64,000 nucleotides of DNA from Mobula hypostoma. Taxonomy: Eukaryota. The stretch covers positions 67,272,001 to 67,336,000 of the forward strand of contig NC_086108.1 of NCBI RefSeq assembly GCF_963921235.1, given 5' to 3'. How positions within the stretch are numbered: position 1 is the first letter of the stretch; each line of letters starts with the position of its first letter. This document shows positions 1-12,357 of the stretch, piece after piece. Under the pieces are notes generated by a model that made no database searches, was not told the DNA's origin, and saw only the letters and a list, made by a program, of their open reading frames with translations. The translations under genes and the position numbers were made by a program.

Positions 1-595
1 AGCTGCTAATTAATTAGCTTGCGCTGGGTGCGTCCCGGCAACCGCTGTACCCCTGCGTGCTTCACGGATCAGTATCAGTTCACTGCCTGGAGGGTGGGGG
101 CCATTACACCACCCCAACCTCCGACGACTCAGCCTAACACACCATCATCGTTATGCTCGATGTCTTCCCGATTCCCGTAAGTGATAATACACTGTACATA
201 CATTATTTCTACTTTATATAGGCTGTGTATTTTTATGTGTTATTTGGTATGATTTGGCAGCTTCATAGCTTAAAGGTTACTGGAGAGAATGTTTTGCCAA
301 GAGCACTTGCATGAGATTTTCGCTACGGAGAACAGTGCAGGCAATCGTTGTAGAGAAGTATTTCTAATTTATATAGCCTGTGTATTTATCATATTATTCC
401 TGCTTTTATTATATGTTACTGTTATTTTAGGTTTTATGTGTTATTTGGCATGATTTGGTAGGTTATTTTTTGGGTCTGCTAACACTCTCAAATTTTCTCA
501 TATAAATAAATGGTAATTGCTTCTTCGCTTTACGACATTCTGGCTTACGAACCGGTTCATAGGAACGCTCTACCTTTGGATGGCGGGGAAACCTG
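1..595. mobile_element. Tigger/pogo-like (Tc1/mariner superfamily) DNA transposon, one terminus; runs off the window start
   Basis: Ends ...AGGAACGCTCTACCTTTGGATGGCGGGGAAACCTG followed by TA (596-597), the CAGG../..CCTG-TA terminus typical of Tigger elements. Partner TIR is not in the window. Confidence 0.6.
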
Positions 596-1189
596 TAATT
601 GTTATGGCATTGAAAGCCTTTATCGGGAAATTTCCAATAAAAAGATGGAAACTTACTCCTGATACAGATTGCAAGTGCTAATGAAATTTTGTATTGAAGT
701 AAGGACTAAAATCAGAGAAAACAACTTAGAAGTGACTTTATTTCTCAATTAGAATGAGGTCCTGCTCTCAGAGGGGTGACTGAGTGCAAGATGGAATCAC
801 AGGATTTTCATCAGTTTCTAACCATTGACTAGCCAGGGTCTCTGCAGATGGAATTTCTTGGGAATCTGAAATGTTTTGAATCTTATAGACCAGAGGAGAT
901 CAACGGATAAGAGGAAAGGATTACTGATGAATTTACCATTATCTTCAGTTGCATCCAGTCCACAACTCACCATGAGTTATGTGGCAAACAAGTCCATCAT
1001 TGTCAGCACTCTTTCCTTATCTTTTCTTTTCTATGGTTATTGCAGAAGTCCCCACCAACCAGCAGCTGCAGTTAACAATTGCAACATACTTTCCACAGTT
1101 AAAGGGAAAGAGTTAGAACGAGGACTGGGTGAGAAAGAAAAAGAGAGTTATCTCAGTCATTACCTGTGTTATGTGCCTGACATGGTTGC

Positions 1190-1940
1190 ATGTCAACCTT
1201 CTCACATCAGTCTCCTCAGGAAATGGAGGCACTGCTACGCTTTGATGTCGAGGGACCAGGCGAGATTATCCGTGATGTGCACTCTAAGAACTGGTGCTCC
1301 TGACTCTCCATGGAGGAGCCATTGATGTGCGGTAGAGAGTGGTCAAACCTGCACCATCCTGAAGTCCACCATCATCTCTTTAGTTTTTCTACATTGAGAC
1401 TCATCGTTGTGTTTGCACCAGTCCACACACCACTCTACTTCCCCTCTGTGTGCTGACTCATCATTGTTGCTGATGAGGCCAACCACTGTTGTGTCATCAG
1501 TGAACTTAATCATGTGATTGAGCTGGATCGAGCAGTGCAGTCGTGCATCAGTAGTGTGAGCAGTAACAGGCTGAGCATGCAGCCCAGGAGTGGGGGGACG
1601 GGGGTGCTGGTGCTCAGTGTGATGGAGCTAGAGATGGTGCTGACAACATGGACTGTCTGAGGCCTCTCCGTGAAAAAGTCCAGCATCCACTTACAGAGGG
1701 AGGTGTTGAGGCGCAGCAAGGACAGTTCACCCACCAGCTTCTGAGGAATGATCGTATTGAATGCCGAAATGAAACTGATGAACAGCATTCTGACGTAGGA
1801 GACCATTCTCCAGGTTGGACAGGGCGGAGTAGAGGGCAGAGGCTATTGCATCATTGCTGGACCAATTTGGGCAATATGCAAAGTGGAGGGGTCCAATGTA
1901 GTGGCAAAGCAGGATTAAATACAGTTCATGACCAGCAGCC
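1190..1940 (-). mobile_element. Rex1/Babar-type LINE reverse transcriptase fragment (decayed)
   Basis: ORF 1510-1806(-) [51 protein letters not shown] resembles the Rex1/Babar RT core; ORF 1727-2215 gives PLHFAY..SSNDAI. Confidence 0.85.
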
Positions 1941-2424
1941 AAAGGCATTTCATTTTTGTTGAGGTTGAGGTAGTTTTTAAAGCAGGTTACTGTTGGCCTC
2001 TTGGGCATGGAAATGTTGAGTTGGTGCAAAAATTGGCAACAAAGGCATGGTGGAGATGCAGTGGATGGAGTTGCATTGGAAAACTGTTGTAGAGAAGCTG
2101 TTGCAAGCAGCATTTTTATGGATTCAATCAACTTGGCCTGTAGAACACTGAAGCCAGGTCTCAGTGAAGGTCTGCGCAGATTCTCTGTCCAAGCAGTCTT
2201 CTTCACTGCCACCACACCTGTACTTAGAGATCCCCGACAAATTCTGCAGTGGGAAGAACCTCTTTCTGGGAGTCAACTTCCTCAGTTTAGTTTCTGAGAG
2301 AAGAGGTGACCATTTCTGCATCTCACTTACCGTAGTTTTATTGCGCTCTACATGCAGTCCAATGAATCCCTACCATGAACACTTCCCTGAGAGGAAATGC
2401 AGACACAACTTTACTCAAAGTGGC

Positions 2425-2760
2425 AAACAACCTATTGGAGGAACTCTGTGGGTCAAGCATTATCTGTGGGAGGAAAAGAATTGTCAACATTTCAGGTGAA
2501 GTTTACGTCAGGACTGAGTGAGAGGGGAGATGTCCAATTTAAGCAGGAGAAGGGGAGTAGTGAGATAGGAGCCAAGGTGATCAGTGGAAGAGTGGTAAAA
2601 GATGGCATCCATATTGCAACAGGTAGGACAGGGCAAAGAGGGGAGGAGCTGGGAGGTAGAGGTAGGTGGATGATAGACAGAGACAGATAAAGCGAGAAAG
2701 TAACTGAAGGGCAGATGGAGCAAGGTGAGAGGAGAGAAGGGTGAAGGTTAGAGAGAGCTG
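2425..2760 (-). mobile_element. Old Penelope-like terminal repeat fragment
   Basis: TGGAGGAACTC..GCATTATCTGTGG..TCAACATTTCAGG..CGTCAGGACTG followed by a purine-rich tract, the same layout as the younger PLE termini in this window. Confidence 0.55.
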
Positions 2761-2964
2761 TTGGTTCTACTCTAAGACATGGGTTTCAGGTGGGACGTAC
2801 AACTTGTGTGATATCTCTGTGCCAATGTGAAAAGCAATGTGTTTGTGGATGCATAAATCACTGCGAGAGGAAAATGCCCAAATTCTTTGTGCCACATTGG
2901 TGAGGTACTGCCACCTCAGTTCAGGGTTTCCAGTGAAATATATTTTTACCCCAGAGACTTAAAA

Positions 2965-3600
2965 ATCAATTTGCAGTTGACACAAAGTTAGGATGCAGAA
3001 AAAGTTGAATAAATGAAAATGTCAAGTTATAAAAGGGCATGAATAAATTAGATGAATGGCAAAACTGCAGCAGGTAGAATTCATCATGAATAGGAATGAG
3101 AATACTCAGCCTGGATGAAGCACAATATTTCCTTAATGGGGTTGGATTAGGAAACGTGATAAAGGAAAGGGATTTTCTATATACACAGAGTCTGCGAAAG
3201 GTAATGCAGAATCAGAATAAGTAGTTAAAAAGCAAACAGTAGGTTGGTCTTAATCTCAACATGTCTGAAACACAGAAGTTAACGGTGCTGCATTTGCCCA
3301 GATCCTGGCCAGACCGTTTTCTGTGAGCTCGATGCAAAACATCAGGAAAGGCATTGTTCTAGGAAGGATTACAGCACAAATTCCGAAGAACAATATCAGG
3401 ATTCAAAGCCAATGATATACCTGGCATGTTTTCTTGAGTTTAAAAAGTTGAAGGGAAATTTAACTGCCACTTTTAAAATGATGAAAGATTAAATTAGATA
3501 AGCACAACCACATCAAAATGGGCACAAACTTAAAATCAGTGGTATACAACCCAGGAATGGAAGCATGAAACATTTTTTTCATAAATAAAAGAGTGTAGTA
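2965..3600 (+). mobile_element. Highly decayed CR1 LINE 3' portion
   Basis: AATTTGCAGTTGACACAAAGTTAGG corresponds to KFADDTKLG; downstream sequence follows the CR1 ORF2 C-terminal layout with many mutations. Confidence 0.55.
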
Positions 3601-4082
3601 TACTGATATTGCTATTGCACATCAGGATGGTATGCCCTAGCAACGCAAAAATAGCACATACCACTATCTTTTGCAAAAGACATTTATTTAGGCTGCATGT
3701 GCCAAGAACCTAGCACTCCCATAGGAATGAAACAGTGAATGTCTCAGTGAGCCAATGTGGCAGTGTGGAAAGACTGCCTGTGATTAGGCACTCCACAGGT
3801 AACACTGTTGTCACCCATTGTTTCAGGGCTGCACATTGGTCAACACAATCTGTGTAGGTTATTGGTCGGGACTAGCAGCAACTGCAGAATGTGTTGAGAG
3901 ACCGCTTCCATTCCGTCCATCAGGAGGTGCTGAGAGAGGCTATGGAATCCAGGTGGTCAATCAACACATGGGGCAGTCTCTAACAATGAGTGACAGTCAC
4001 GAGGAAATCTGGATGTTCAAGCAACACACACAAAATGCTGGTGGAACGCAGCAGGCCAGACAGCATCCACAGGAAGAAGCAC

Positions 4083-4118
4083 AGTCAACGTTTCGGGCCG
4101 AGACCTTTCATCAGGACT
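4083..4118 (-). ncRNA. Minimal type I hammerhead ribozyme motif (PLE-associated)
   Basis: Minus strand reads AGTC-CTGATGA-AAGGTCTCGGCCC-GAAA-C-GTT-GACT: conserved CUGANGA and GAAA core, stem I AGUC/GACU, NUH triplet GUU. Confidence 0.7.
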
Positions 4119-4687
4119 AACTGAAAGAAGAGATAGTAAAAGATTTGAAAGTGGGAGGGGGAGGGGGAGATCTGAAATGATAGAAGAAGACAGGATGGGG
4201 AGGGACAGAGCGAAGAGCTGGAAAGTTGATTGGCACAAGGAACACAAGGCTAGAGAAGGGTGAGGATCATGGGATAGGAGGCCTAGGGAGAAAGCAGGAT
4301 CTCCCAATGGCCACACATTTTAATTCCAGGTCCCATTCCCATTCTGATATGTGTATCCATGGCCTCCTCTACTGTCAAGATGAAGCCACACTCACGTTAA
4401 AGGAACAACACCTTATATTCCGTCTGGGTAGCCTCCAACCTGATGGCATGAACATTGACTTCTCTAACTTCTGTTAATGCCCCCCCCCCTTCTTACCCCA
4501 TCCCTGATTTATTTATTTATTTATTTATTTATTATTTTTCCCCTTCTTTTTTCTCTCTTTTTTCTCTCACAATAACTCCTTGTCTTCTCTCCATCTTCCT
4601 CTGGTGCTCCCCTCCCCCTTTCTTTCTCCCTAGGCCTCCTGTCCCATGATCCTCTTCCTTCTCTAGCCTTGTATCCCTTTTGCCAAT

Positions 4688-5553
4688 TGTGACGCCAAAC
4701 AAAGCTATTGAACGATTGATGCTAATGAGAGAGGTAAGGGAGACAATGGAGAAACGTTCAAAATGCTAATAAGAGAGGAGAGAGGGATTAATGGAAAAGA
4801 AACACAATTCAGAATATTGACAGACCAGTTGCTTTGAACCTGAACTGTTTGAAATTTGATGGACAGGCGATACCCCAGCAGGGGGATAAAAAGAACAGGT
4901 TCACTTAGGCACGGGACACCACGAGACCACGAGATAACGAGACCCTGGAAAGAACGGTGTTCCCCCACAAGATGGTGGGAGTTTGGAGGTCCAGTTCGCG
5001 GGAACCGACCATAGGATCACAGGGTGTAAAAGTACGATTGGTGGGAACCTGGTGTGTGTGTCCGCCCTTGCCTTGGTGCCGGGTTCACCGCGGAAGAACG
5101 ATCGTATCCGGAACGGAGGGGTCACAGTTGGTGACCACAGTGGAATAGAAGACATCAGAAAGGGTCTGCCAGAAACCAACTGTGAAGACATCAAAGGTCT
5201 GACTGAACCACATTGCATCCCCCCCTCTCTCTCTGTCTCTGTCTCTCTCTCTCTCTCTCCCCAACAGCACAACAGCAATTACTGCGAACTGTACTAAGCT
5301 GAACTGAACTCTGCGTCACTTAAGACTGATCATTTTACCCCTAGACTGCGATAGAGCTTGGTTGATCCCTATTACCCTAGTTCTGTGTACATGTGTGTAT
5401 CATCATTGCTAACCTGTTGCATTTATATCCTTAACGATTAGAGTACTGTGTTACTTATTTCTTTAATAAAACTTTATTAGTTTCTAGTAATCCAGACTCC
5501 AACGAGTGGTTCATTTCTGCTGGTTTGGCAACCCAGTTACGGGGTATGTAACA
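4688..5553 (+). mobile_element. Solo LTR (866 bp; Gypsy or ERV origin unresolved)
   Basis: Starts TGTGAC, ends GTAACA, flanked by 4-bp TSD CAAT (4684-4687, 5554-5557). Cleanly splits the PLE sequence TTTTGCCAAT|CAACTTTCC. TATA-like GATAAAAA at ~4885, AATAAA at 5465. Confidence 0.88.
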
Positions 5554-6664
5554 CAATCAACTTTCCAGCTCTTAGCTTTATCCCTCCCCCTCCTGTCTTC
5601 TCCTATCATTTCGGATCCCCCCCTCCCCCTCCCACTTTCAAATCTCTTACTATCTCCTCTTTCAGTTAGTCCTGACGAAGGGTCTCGGCCCAAAACGTCA
5701 ACTGTGCTTCTTCCTATGGATGCTGTTTGGCCTGCTGCGTTCCACCAGCACTTTGAATGAGTGACAGTCACCTTGTTGGCCAGAGTGCTGCACTGATCTT
5801 CACATCTCAGTGCAGAGTGGCCATGCTGCTCACCCCGGCTGCCAATACCAGCCATCACTGGAAGCCTCTGCACACTGAGTGATGAGTGAATCATCAATGG
5901 ATACGCATCATGTTTAAGACACAGCTGCCCTGACAGTGATGCTTCTCTGTGCAATGACACTTTAAGTGCTGATTCTATGATTCCTCTCGTTCCTGAGAAT
6001 GAATGTATCAGTGTTTATTTCTTTGCATAAACACCTCTGAGGTTGGGATTTTCTTGCAAAGATGGAAATCCTAAATTTCCTAGCTGCATGTCACTGCAAT
6101 ATCTCACCATTAATCCTACTGCTCTCACTGGAGAATCCTGGTGCAAAAGCAATTAGTACATTCAGTCCAATGGATAGCATGAAAGCACTTAAGTTAGTAT
6201 TAGGTTCTTTTTGCTTTAGTTAATTGCTTACTTAAATGTATTTAACTACCTTTTGACATAAATATATTTTTCATTAATTAAATTATTTTAATTATTTTCT
6301 TGAATTTCATATTACTTGTAAGATCTTTATATTTTTCACGGGCAGGGCATGTTCTGGCTTCACCATCATATCTGCTTCTCTTTCTGCTGCACAAGAAGGG
6401 TCTTGTCATCTGGAATCTCGCCAGAGTTTAGCAGCAAGTTGATAATGGCAAATCAGCAAAAGGTAACAGTGTACTTTTTATTTTTTACATAGTTCAGTGG
6501 TTAATCCAGTCATCTCACCAGAGGCAGACACTTTTGATGCACTCATTTCATCTCCTCAGTTAGTTTTCAAAAATATTCTAGTCTGTTCCTGGGCTAGAAG
6601 CTAACTACGCAGTTAAGCTGAAAGTGTTTGGTTTAACTCTCCAAGTCAACTTCTCCCAATTGTC

Positions 6665-6704
6665 AACAACAGGAATTCTGCAGATGCTGGAAATTCAAGC
6701 AACA
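6665..6704 (-). mobile_element. 40-bp insertion of the extreme PLE terminus
   Basis: AACAACAGGAATTCTGCAGATGCTGGAAATTCAAGCAACA matches 29291-29329; flanked by CAATTGTC (6657-6664, 6705-6712). Confidence 0.8.
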
Positions 6705-7651
6705 CAATTGTCCATTGTCCATTGGTTAAAGTGTAGTAACTGAAGAGTTAGAGGAAGGTAAGTCCCATTGAATGATTCAAGATTCAATATTATTTATTGT
6801 CATTCTTCGGGGGAATGATCTCAAATAATTAGATATAAACAATGTGGTGATGTTCCACTATAATCAGAAAATGTACTATTTTTAATTACGTCCAGATTTG
6901 TTGAAGGCAAAAAGATATGCAATGCATTAGAAATTGTTTCAGGTGGACTTGGTTAAAAGGAAGAAAAGTAGGTTTTTCCAAAATGGCAGACAGTAGAATT
7001 TCCTGCTGGAGTTTCCCTGTGGAGAAAGCAAATGCAAATATGCCAAAAATCATATGGTTGCTGTGAATTAATAATGTAGTTTTATACTTCTACTGACAGA
7101 TACCTACTGGTATGAAGCAGACACTGTTAAATTTATAAGTTTCTGCGTGCATTTTATTTTAGGATTGAGACAGTACAAACAAAAATTGTTGAGTCCAAAG
7201 CACAGTAGGTAGGTCAGTCTATTTTAATAAAGAACTTATCTAATGTTTTCTTTTCTCTTTCTCATCAAGGTGATGAATGTTATGAGAGGAGAAAGGAACA
7301 TTCTTTCCCATTTAGTCACACCATATCAGCATCAGGTCTCCCAGGTGTGGTCTAACAGATGGAGAGTTAGACTTTTTTTTACAGCACCTTATAATGTGGT
7401 TTAACCCCAGTTTCAGAAGAATTCTCTCTAACAGGAATATATTTTCCACTTCACAGTTTATTTCAGCCAGAAACAATTTATGTTAAATGTTGTGAGTTTG
7501 TAACATCCAAGAAGAGAGATAGGACTGCATAAAACTGATTTCAAGCAGAACACTTCCTCCAGCAGGTCAAAGGGACTTTCACTCAATTAGTATGGGTTAC
7601 ATAACCCAACAGCACATATTTTCTCAATGAACCTGGAGTAAATGAAACCTT

Positions 7652-7935
7652 AAACTGGAACAATGCCAACATTGGACATTGATATTAATCTGCACTGATG
7701 TCAATATTTAGTGGTCATAATGTTACTCTCAAGTAATGCCACATTCAGCTTCTGTGATCTAAATGTGAAGTGATGCCAGCTTTGATGACTGCAATCTTAA
7801 TCGGGAGTAATGCCAAGATTTATGTACCATGAATTTAATTTGGAGTAATGTTAATGTGCAGGTGCTGCAGTATTTGCCGGGCATGATGCCAGCATTCAGC
7901 TGCTATGAGCTTAATCCAGAGCGATGTTAACTCCA
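7652..7935. repeat. Degenerate ~38-bp tandem repeat, ~8 units
   Basis: Unit starts at 7652, 7687, 7725, 7762, 7799, 7837, 7875, 7913; approximate consensus AATCYGGAGTRATGCCAACATTCAGNTGCTRTGANCTT. Confidence 0.75.
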
Positions 7936-8454
7936 AAGAAGTGACTGATAAGAGCTCCGGAAAGTGCAAGGATTCCTACAGTTCAGAACCCGAAATCCTG
8001 GAATCGCATTACCAGGGTGAATGTAGAGTTGTGAGATAAACAGAACATTTCACATCCTGGGAACCCACAAGCAGCAGCAAGTAGGCAGAATATCTCGCAC
8101 TGGAGATGTAATTTATCCCACAGCTTCCCACTTCCCAATATTCCAACTTTGTAAAAGAGGCTCTTGAGGAGACTGAGTGTGTGTCTATTTCTTCTGAGGC
8201 ATTACTAGGATTGTACTGAATGAGTGTGAATATTTATGTCCACTCAGATTTCTTATTTACAATGTATACCATTCAATAATTGGGAAATGAAGGGATCAGC
8301 TTCCGATCATTGTCTATTGTTAGTTACTATTTATTATATATGAATGGATGCCGTTACCTGCAGTCAGAAGAATGTCATTTTTTTTTTCGAGGTTGCTGCA
8401 CATGGGATGCTGCAGGTATCAGCGCAGCTGCCCCAGATACTCACCACCTACACC

Positions 8455-9195
8455 AAGGATTTGGATCAGGTGATCAGGTGCATTTGATTCATGTTTGTTG
8501 ACAATACAGAGCAGAGTGTAAGAAAGTAAGAAAGTGAGGGGACGGGTATGGTATTGACAGGCTAATGAATGAGCAAGGACATGGCAGATGAAATATATCA
8601 TGGAAAAAGGAGAGGTTATCCACATCTGTGGGAAAATAGAAACACTCAGTATTTTTTAACTGACGAGATATTGAAAGGTGTTGGTCTTCAAAAGAAACTA
8701 GGTGTCCTTTTACACCAAACACTTAAAGTTAAGATGTAGGGACAGCAAGGCATTAGAAAGACATCTTGCTCCAATTATACAGAGCACTGGAGAAAGCACA
8801 TCTGGAATTTTGTATACAGGTCTGGTCTCCTTACCAAAGGAAAGCTCCACTCATTGTAGAGGGAGTGCAGCAAAGATTCAGCAGATTAACATCTGGCATA
8901 GCAGGTATGTCATTCAAGGAGAGATTAAGGAGACCGGACCTGCACTCCCTTGAGTTTAGAAGCACGAGTGGTGACTTCAATAACACAGAAAGATGGGATA
9001 AATGTTGGGATGATGTTCCCAGGGCTGCATTTCCCCAGGGACCACAGTCAGAATAAAGAGTTTGACATTCAGGACAGTGTTGAGAAGGAATATCTTTACT
9101 CGGAATGTTATGCACATTGAAGTTCTCTACCCAAGAGGTCTGTGGAGGATCAATTGTTGAATATATTTAGGATAGAGAGCAATAGATGGTTGAAT
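8455..9195 (+). mobile_element. Older CR1 LINE 3' portion (continues after ~10356)
   Basis: ORF 8766-9056 LQLYRALEKAHLEFCIQVWSPY..VEGVQQRFSRL..LHSLEFR is the CR1 ORF2 C-terminus; interrupted by a younger antisense CR1. Confidence 0.8.
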
Positions 9196-10355
9196 AGAAA
9201 CATAGAAAATAGGTGCAGGAGTCGACCATTCGGCCCTTCGAGCCAGCACCGCCATTCAGTATGATTATGGCTGATCATCCAGCTCAGAACCCTGTACCTG
9301 CCTTCTCTCCGTACCCCCTGATCCCTTTAGCCACAAGGGCCATATCTAACTCCCTCTTAAATGTAGCCAGTGAACTGGCCTCAACTGTTTCCTGTGGCAG
9401 AGAATTCCACAGATTCACCACTCTCTGTGTGAAAAAGTTTTTCCTAATCTCGGTCCTAAAAGGGTTCCCCTTAATCCTCAAACTGTGACCCCCTCGTTCT
9501 GGACTTCCCCAACATCGGGAACAATTTTCCTGCATCTAGCCTGTCCAATCCCTTTAGAATTTTATACGTTGCAATAAGATCCCCTCTCAATCTTCTAAAT
9601 TCCAGCGAGTACAAGCCTAGTCGATCCAGTTTTTCATCATATGAAAGTCCTGCCATCCCAGGAATCAATCTGGTGAACCTTCTTTGTACTCCCTCTATGG
9701 CAAGAATGTCTTTCCTCAGATTAGGTGACCAAAACTGCACACAATATTCCAGGTGTGGTCTCACCAAGGCCTTGTACAACTGCAGTAGTACCTCCCTGCT
9801 CCTGTACTCGAATTCTTTTACTATGAATGCCAGCATACCATTCGCCCTTTTCACCTCCTGCTGTACCTGCATGCCCACTTTCAATGACTGGTGAACAATG
9901 ACACCCAGGTCTCGTTGTACCTCCCCTTTTCTTAATCGGCCACCATTCAGATAATAATCTGTTTTCCTGTTCTTGCCACCAAAGTGGATAACCTCACATT
10001 TATCCACGTTAAATTGCGTCTGCCATGAACTTGCCCACTCACCTAACCTATCCAAGTCACCCTGCATCTCTTAGCATCCTCCTCACAGCTAACACTGCCA
10101 CCCAGCTTCGTGTCATCCGCAAACTTGGAGATGCTGCATTTAATTCCCTCATCTAAGTCATTAATATATATTGTAAACAACTGGGGTCCCAGCACCGAGC
10201 CTTGCGGTACCCCACTAGTCACCGCCTGCCATTCTGAAAAGGTCCCGTTTATTCCCACTCTTTGCTTCCTGTCTGCTAACCAATTCTCCACCCACACCAA
10301 TACCTTACCCCCAATACCGTGTGCTTTAAGTTTGCACACTAATCTCCTGTGTGGG
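9195..10355 (-). mobile_element. Young 5'-truncated CR1 LINE (RT C-terminal part and 3' UTR)
   Basis: ORFs 10043-10339 ([26 protein letters not shown]), 9471-10067 and 9284-9535 (KNFFTQRVVNLWNSLP); 3' tail ..TTTTCTATGTTTCTAT. Confidence 0.95.
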
Positions 10356-11224
10356 AATACAGGGGGAAATCAAAGGAATCAGGGAAGTACTACTGACATT
10401 GAAAATTAATCATTAGTTTATTAAGTGGTAGAGCAGCTACAAGTATTTGACTGGCACATGCCTTCATCTATTTTTACACTCTTAAGATCAGTTTAAGTGG
10501 ACAGACTCCAGCATAAAATTTCTTACTATGCATCTTCTGGGCTCTCTTCTTGTTTATTGGTCAACAATGCTGTTGGCATTGTAGTACAGAAAGGGCCCCT
10601 TGGTCTGCTCTGTCCTATGTAACCCATACAGGCTTTGGCTGGCTTCTCAGTGCAAAGTGAAGTTGTGGTACAAGCTCATTAGATGTGGAGTCATCTGTGT
10701 GGTGCGTGCTTGCAAACTAAAGACAGCAGCTGATGCCTGAGGAATAACAACATGAAGGTCCAAGGATGGAATGACATGAAGCAGATACTGAAAGACAGCA
10801 GCCAATACTTGGTGCCAAGTTGTTGCTCACTATCTTCAACCTCATTTCCCATTTGAAGTTGTTCAAAAATTATTGCAGTTGTCTTTAATTTAGGACATTG
10901 TAGATTTATAGGGGTCTTGAGAAAGAATCTTTTCACCCAGATTGGTTAAAACCTGGACTGTACTGCCTGAGATCACCACTTGGCATGGACATGGTAGGCC
11001 GAAAGGCCTAATGCTGCATTAATTGAAGACTTCATGTCTGCAGCAGCTAAAGAAGCTAAAGCAAGGTTAAATTGAAGTGGGCAAGAGAATTGGACTCCCC
11101 ATTGATGTCCATATCATTTAAGGAAACTTTTATATTTAGTATATTAATGGTGAAGAACTAAATAGTTTGATATTTGCTCAGCTGTATATTTTTCTTTCAA
11201 ATCAATGGCATATGTATAAGAATA

Positions 11225-11620
11225 ACCAACAGCAACAAATACAACTATTTGCATCTATACAGTTTGTTCAATATATGAAGATATCTCAAGATGCCTCACG
11301 GTACGTAATCAAGAAAAAGAAGATACAGATTTTAAGAACAATTCAAATAGGGTCCAAAAGATGATGTGAGATCCAGAGCTCAGACCAGAGAACTGAAGGC
11401 AGACCAGCAATCATTGTGTAAGGGAATAGGGGTGCCACGGTGGGTGGGCTGGGAGGTAGGAGAGCAGCGTAATGATGATTGTAGTTCAAAGGTCATAAGG
11501 CCAAAGATGGAGGAACACAGAGTTGTCAGAGGTTGGAGGGCTGCAGGAAGTTATAAAAAAAATAGGAAGCTGGAGGAGGCTGTGAGGAGGTGAAAATTGT
11601 AAAATGAAACCCTTCAGAGA
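11225..11620 (-). mobile_element. Decayed L2-like LINE 3' end
   Basis: TTTGCATCTATACAG..ATCTCAAG tail-like start and CCAGAGC..AACTGAAGGCA segment resemble antisense L2 3' regions; heavily diverged. Confidence 0.35.
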
Positions 11621-12357
11621 AAAGGCCAAATTCCCAGTTAAACCTGAACTATAGCCTCCTGTACAAAAAAAGGCAGGCCTGCATTCTGGAAAGGTGACAC
11701 AATTGACACTAGTTGTGGGAAGAAACAGACAAGTCACAATAATCTATTTGGGTCTTCCTTCCATTTAACTGTCACTTAAGCGGCCCAGGCCAAAAAAACT
11801 ATTATGTGAGCTGTTATCCGAACTGTTCTCATGCTAAGTGAAGCTAGTTGCCTCTCTCCACTCTCTCTGTCCCTACCTCCTACATTTCCCCATTCAACTC
11901 CTCCCTACCACTCAAAGTGCTGTTAATAACTCCATCAGTTCCCCTGATGTGAACTGCAAAATCCTATCCAAGTGTCTAATTCAATTTCAGCCATATCACT
12001 TCAGTTACTTTGATAATTCAATCATGTCAATCATATGCTGTTATTATTCCACCCCTACTTACAGCAAAATCAGGAAAGATTGGTAATTATGTTTAGTGTC
12101 TCATTGGCGCAGATTAAAAGTGATAATGTTACACTTCGTGAATGACTGTTCTCGATGCCTCTTCTGAACTGTGAGCTCTTCATCAAGGGCATCAGAAAAA
12201 GAGCATTGAAACCAACAATTTAATCACTGCCTCACACAAAAGAATCCACCTACTCTCAGAGGAAGCATCCACCAATATTACTGCTTTGCGTCCACACGAG
12301 AAAATAAGCACTATGAAAATGACAGATTATGAAGAAAACTGTTTTTGAAGAAAATAA

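Larger units (their letters stand above)
4001..5755 (+). mobile_element. Penelope-like element, 5'-truncated with an inverted terminal-repeat copy, interrupted by a solo LTR
   Basis: Antisense terminal repeat 4001-~4294, then the sense GIY-YIG C-terminus (RKQDLPMATHFNS..LIFRLGSLQPDGMNIDFSNF, ORF 4226-4477) and a sense terminal repeat. Flanked by direct repeat AATGAGTGACAGTCAC (3985-4000, 5756-5771). Confidence 0.88.

Noticed and set aside
876..1325. 149-aa ORF
   Set aside because: No recognisable domain; its 3' third is antisense Rex1 sequence. Likely a chance ORF.
5668..5704. Hammerhead copy in the right arm of the first PLE
   Set aside because: The GAAA core is mutated to AAAA, so it is predicted inactive and not listed as an ncRNA.
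3780..5960. Possible ancient Harbinger-like transposase in the sequence flanking the PLE (3780-4000 and 5772-5960, minus strand)
   Set aside because: Only a vague resemblance; no catalytic motif could be recovered by eye.
6345..6462. Possible exon (AG..AAAG|GTAACA); the minus strand gives IINLLLNSGEIPD, reminiscent of dynein heavy chain
   Set aside because: Weak acceptor; the similarity covers only a few residues and ends in a stop without splice sites.
7270..7344. Candidate exon after a pyrimidine tract (CATCAAG|GTGATG..CCCAG|GTGTGG)
   Set aside because: No recognisable protein and no partner exons; needs RNA-seq.
7652..7935. CRISPR-like appearance of the periodic array
   Set aside because: Eukaryotic context, degenerate repeats, mutually related 'spacers' and no cas genes.
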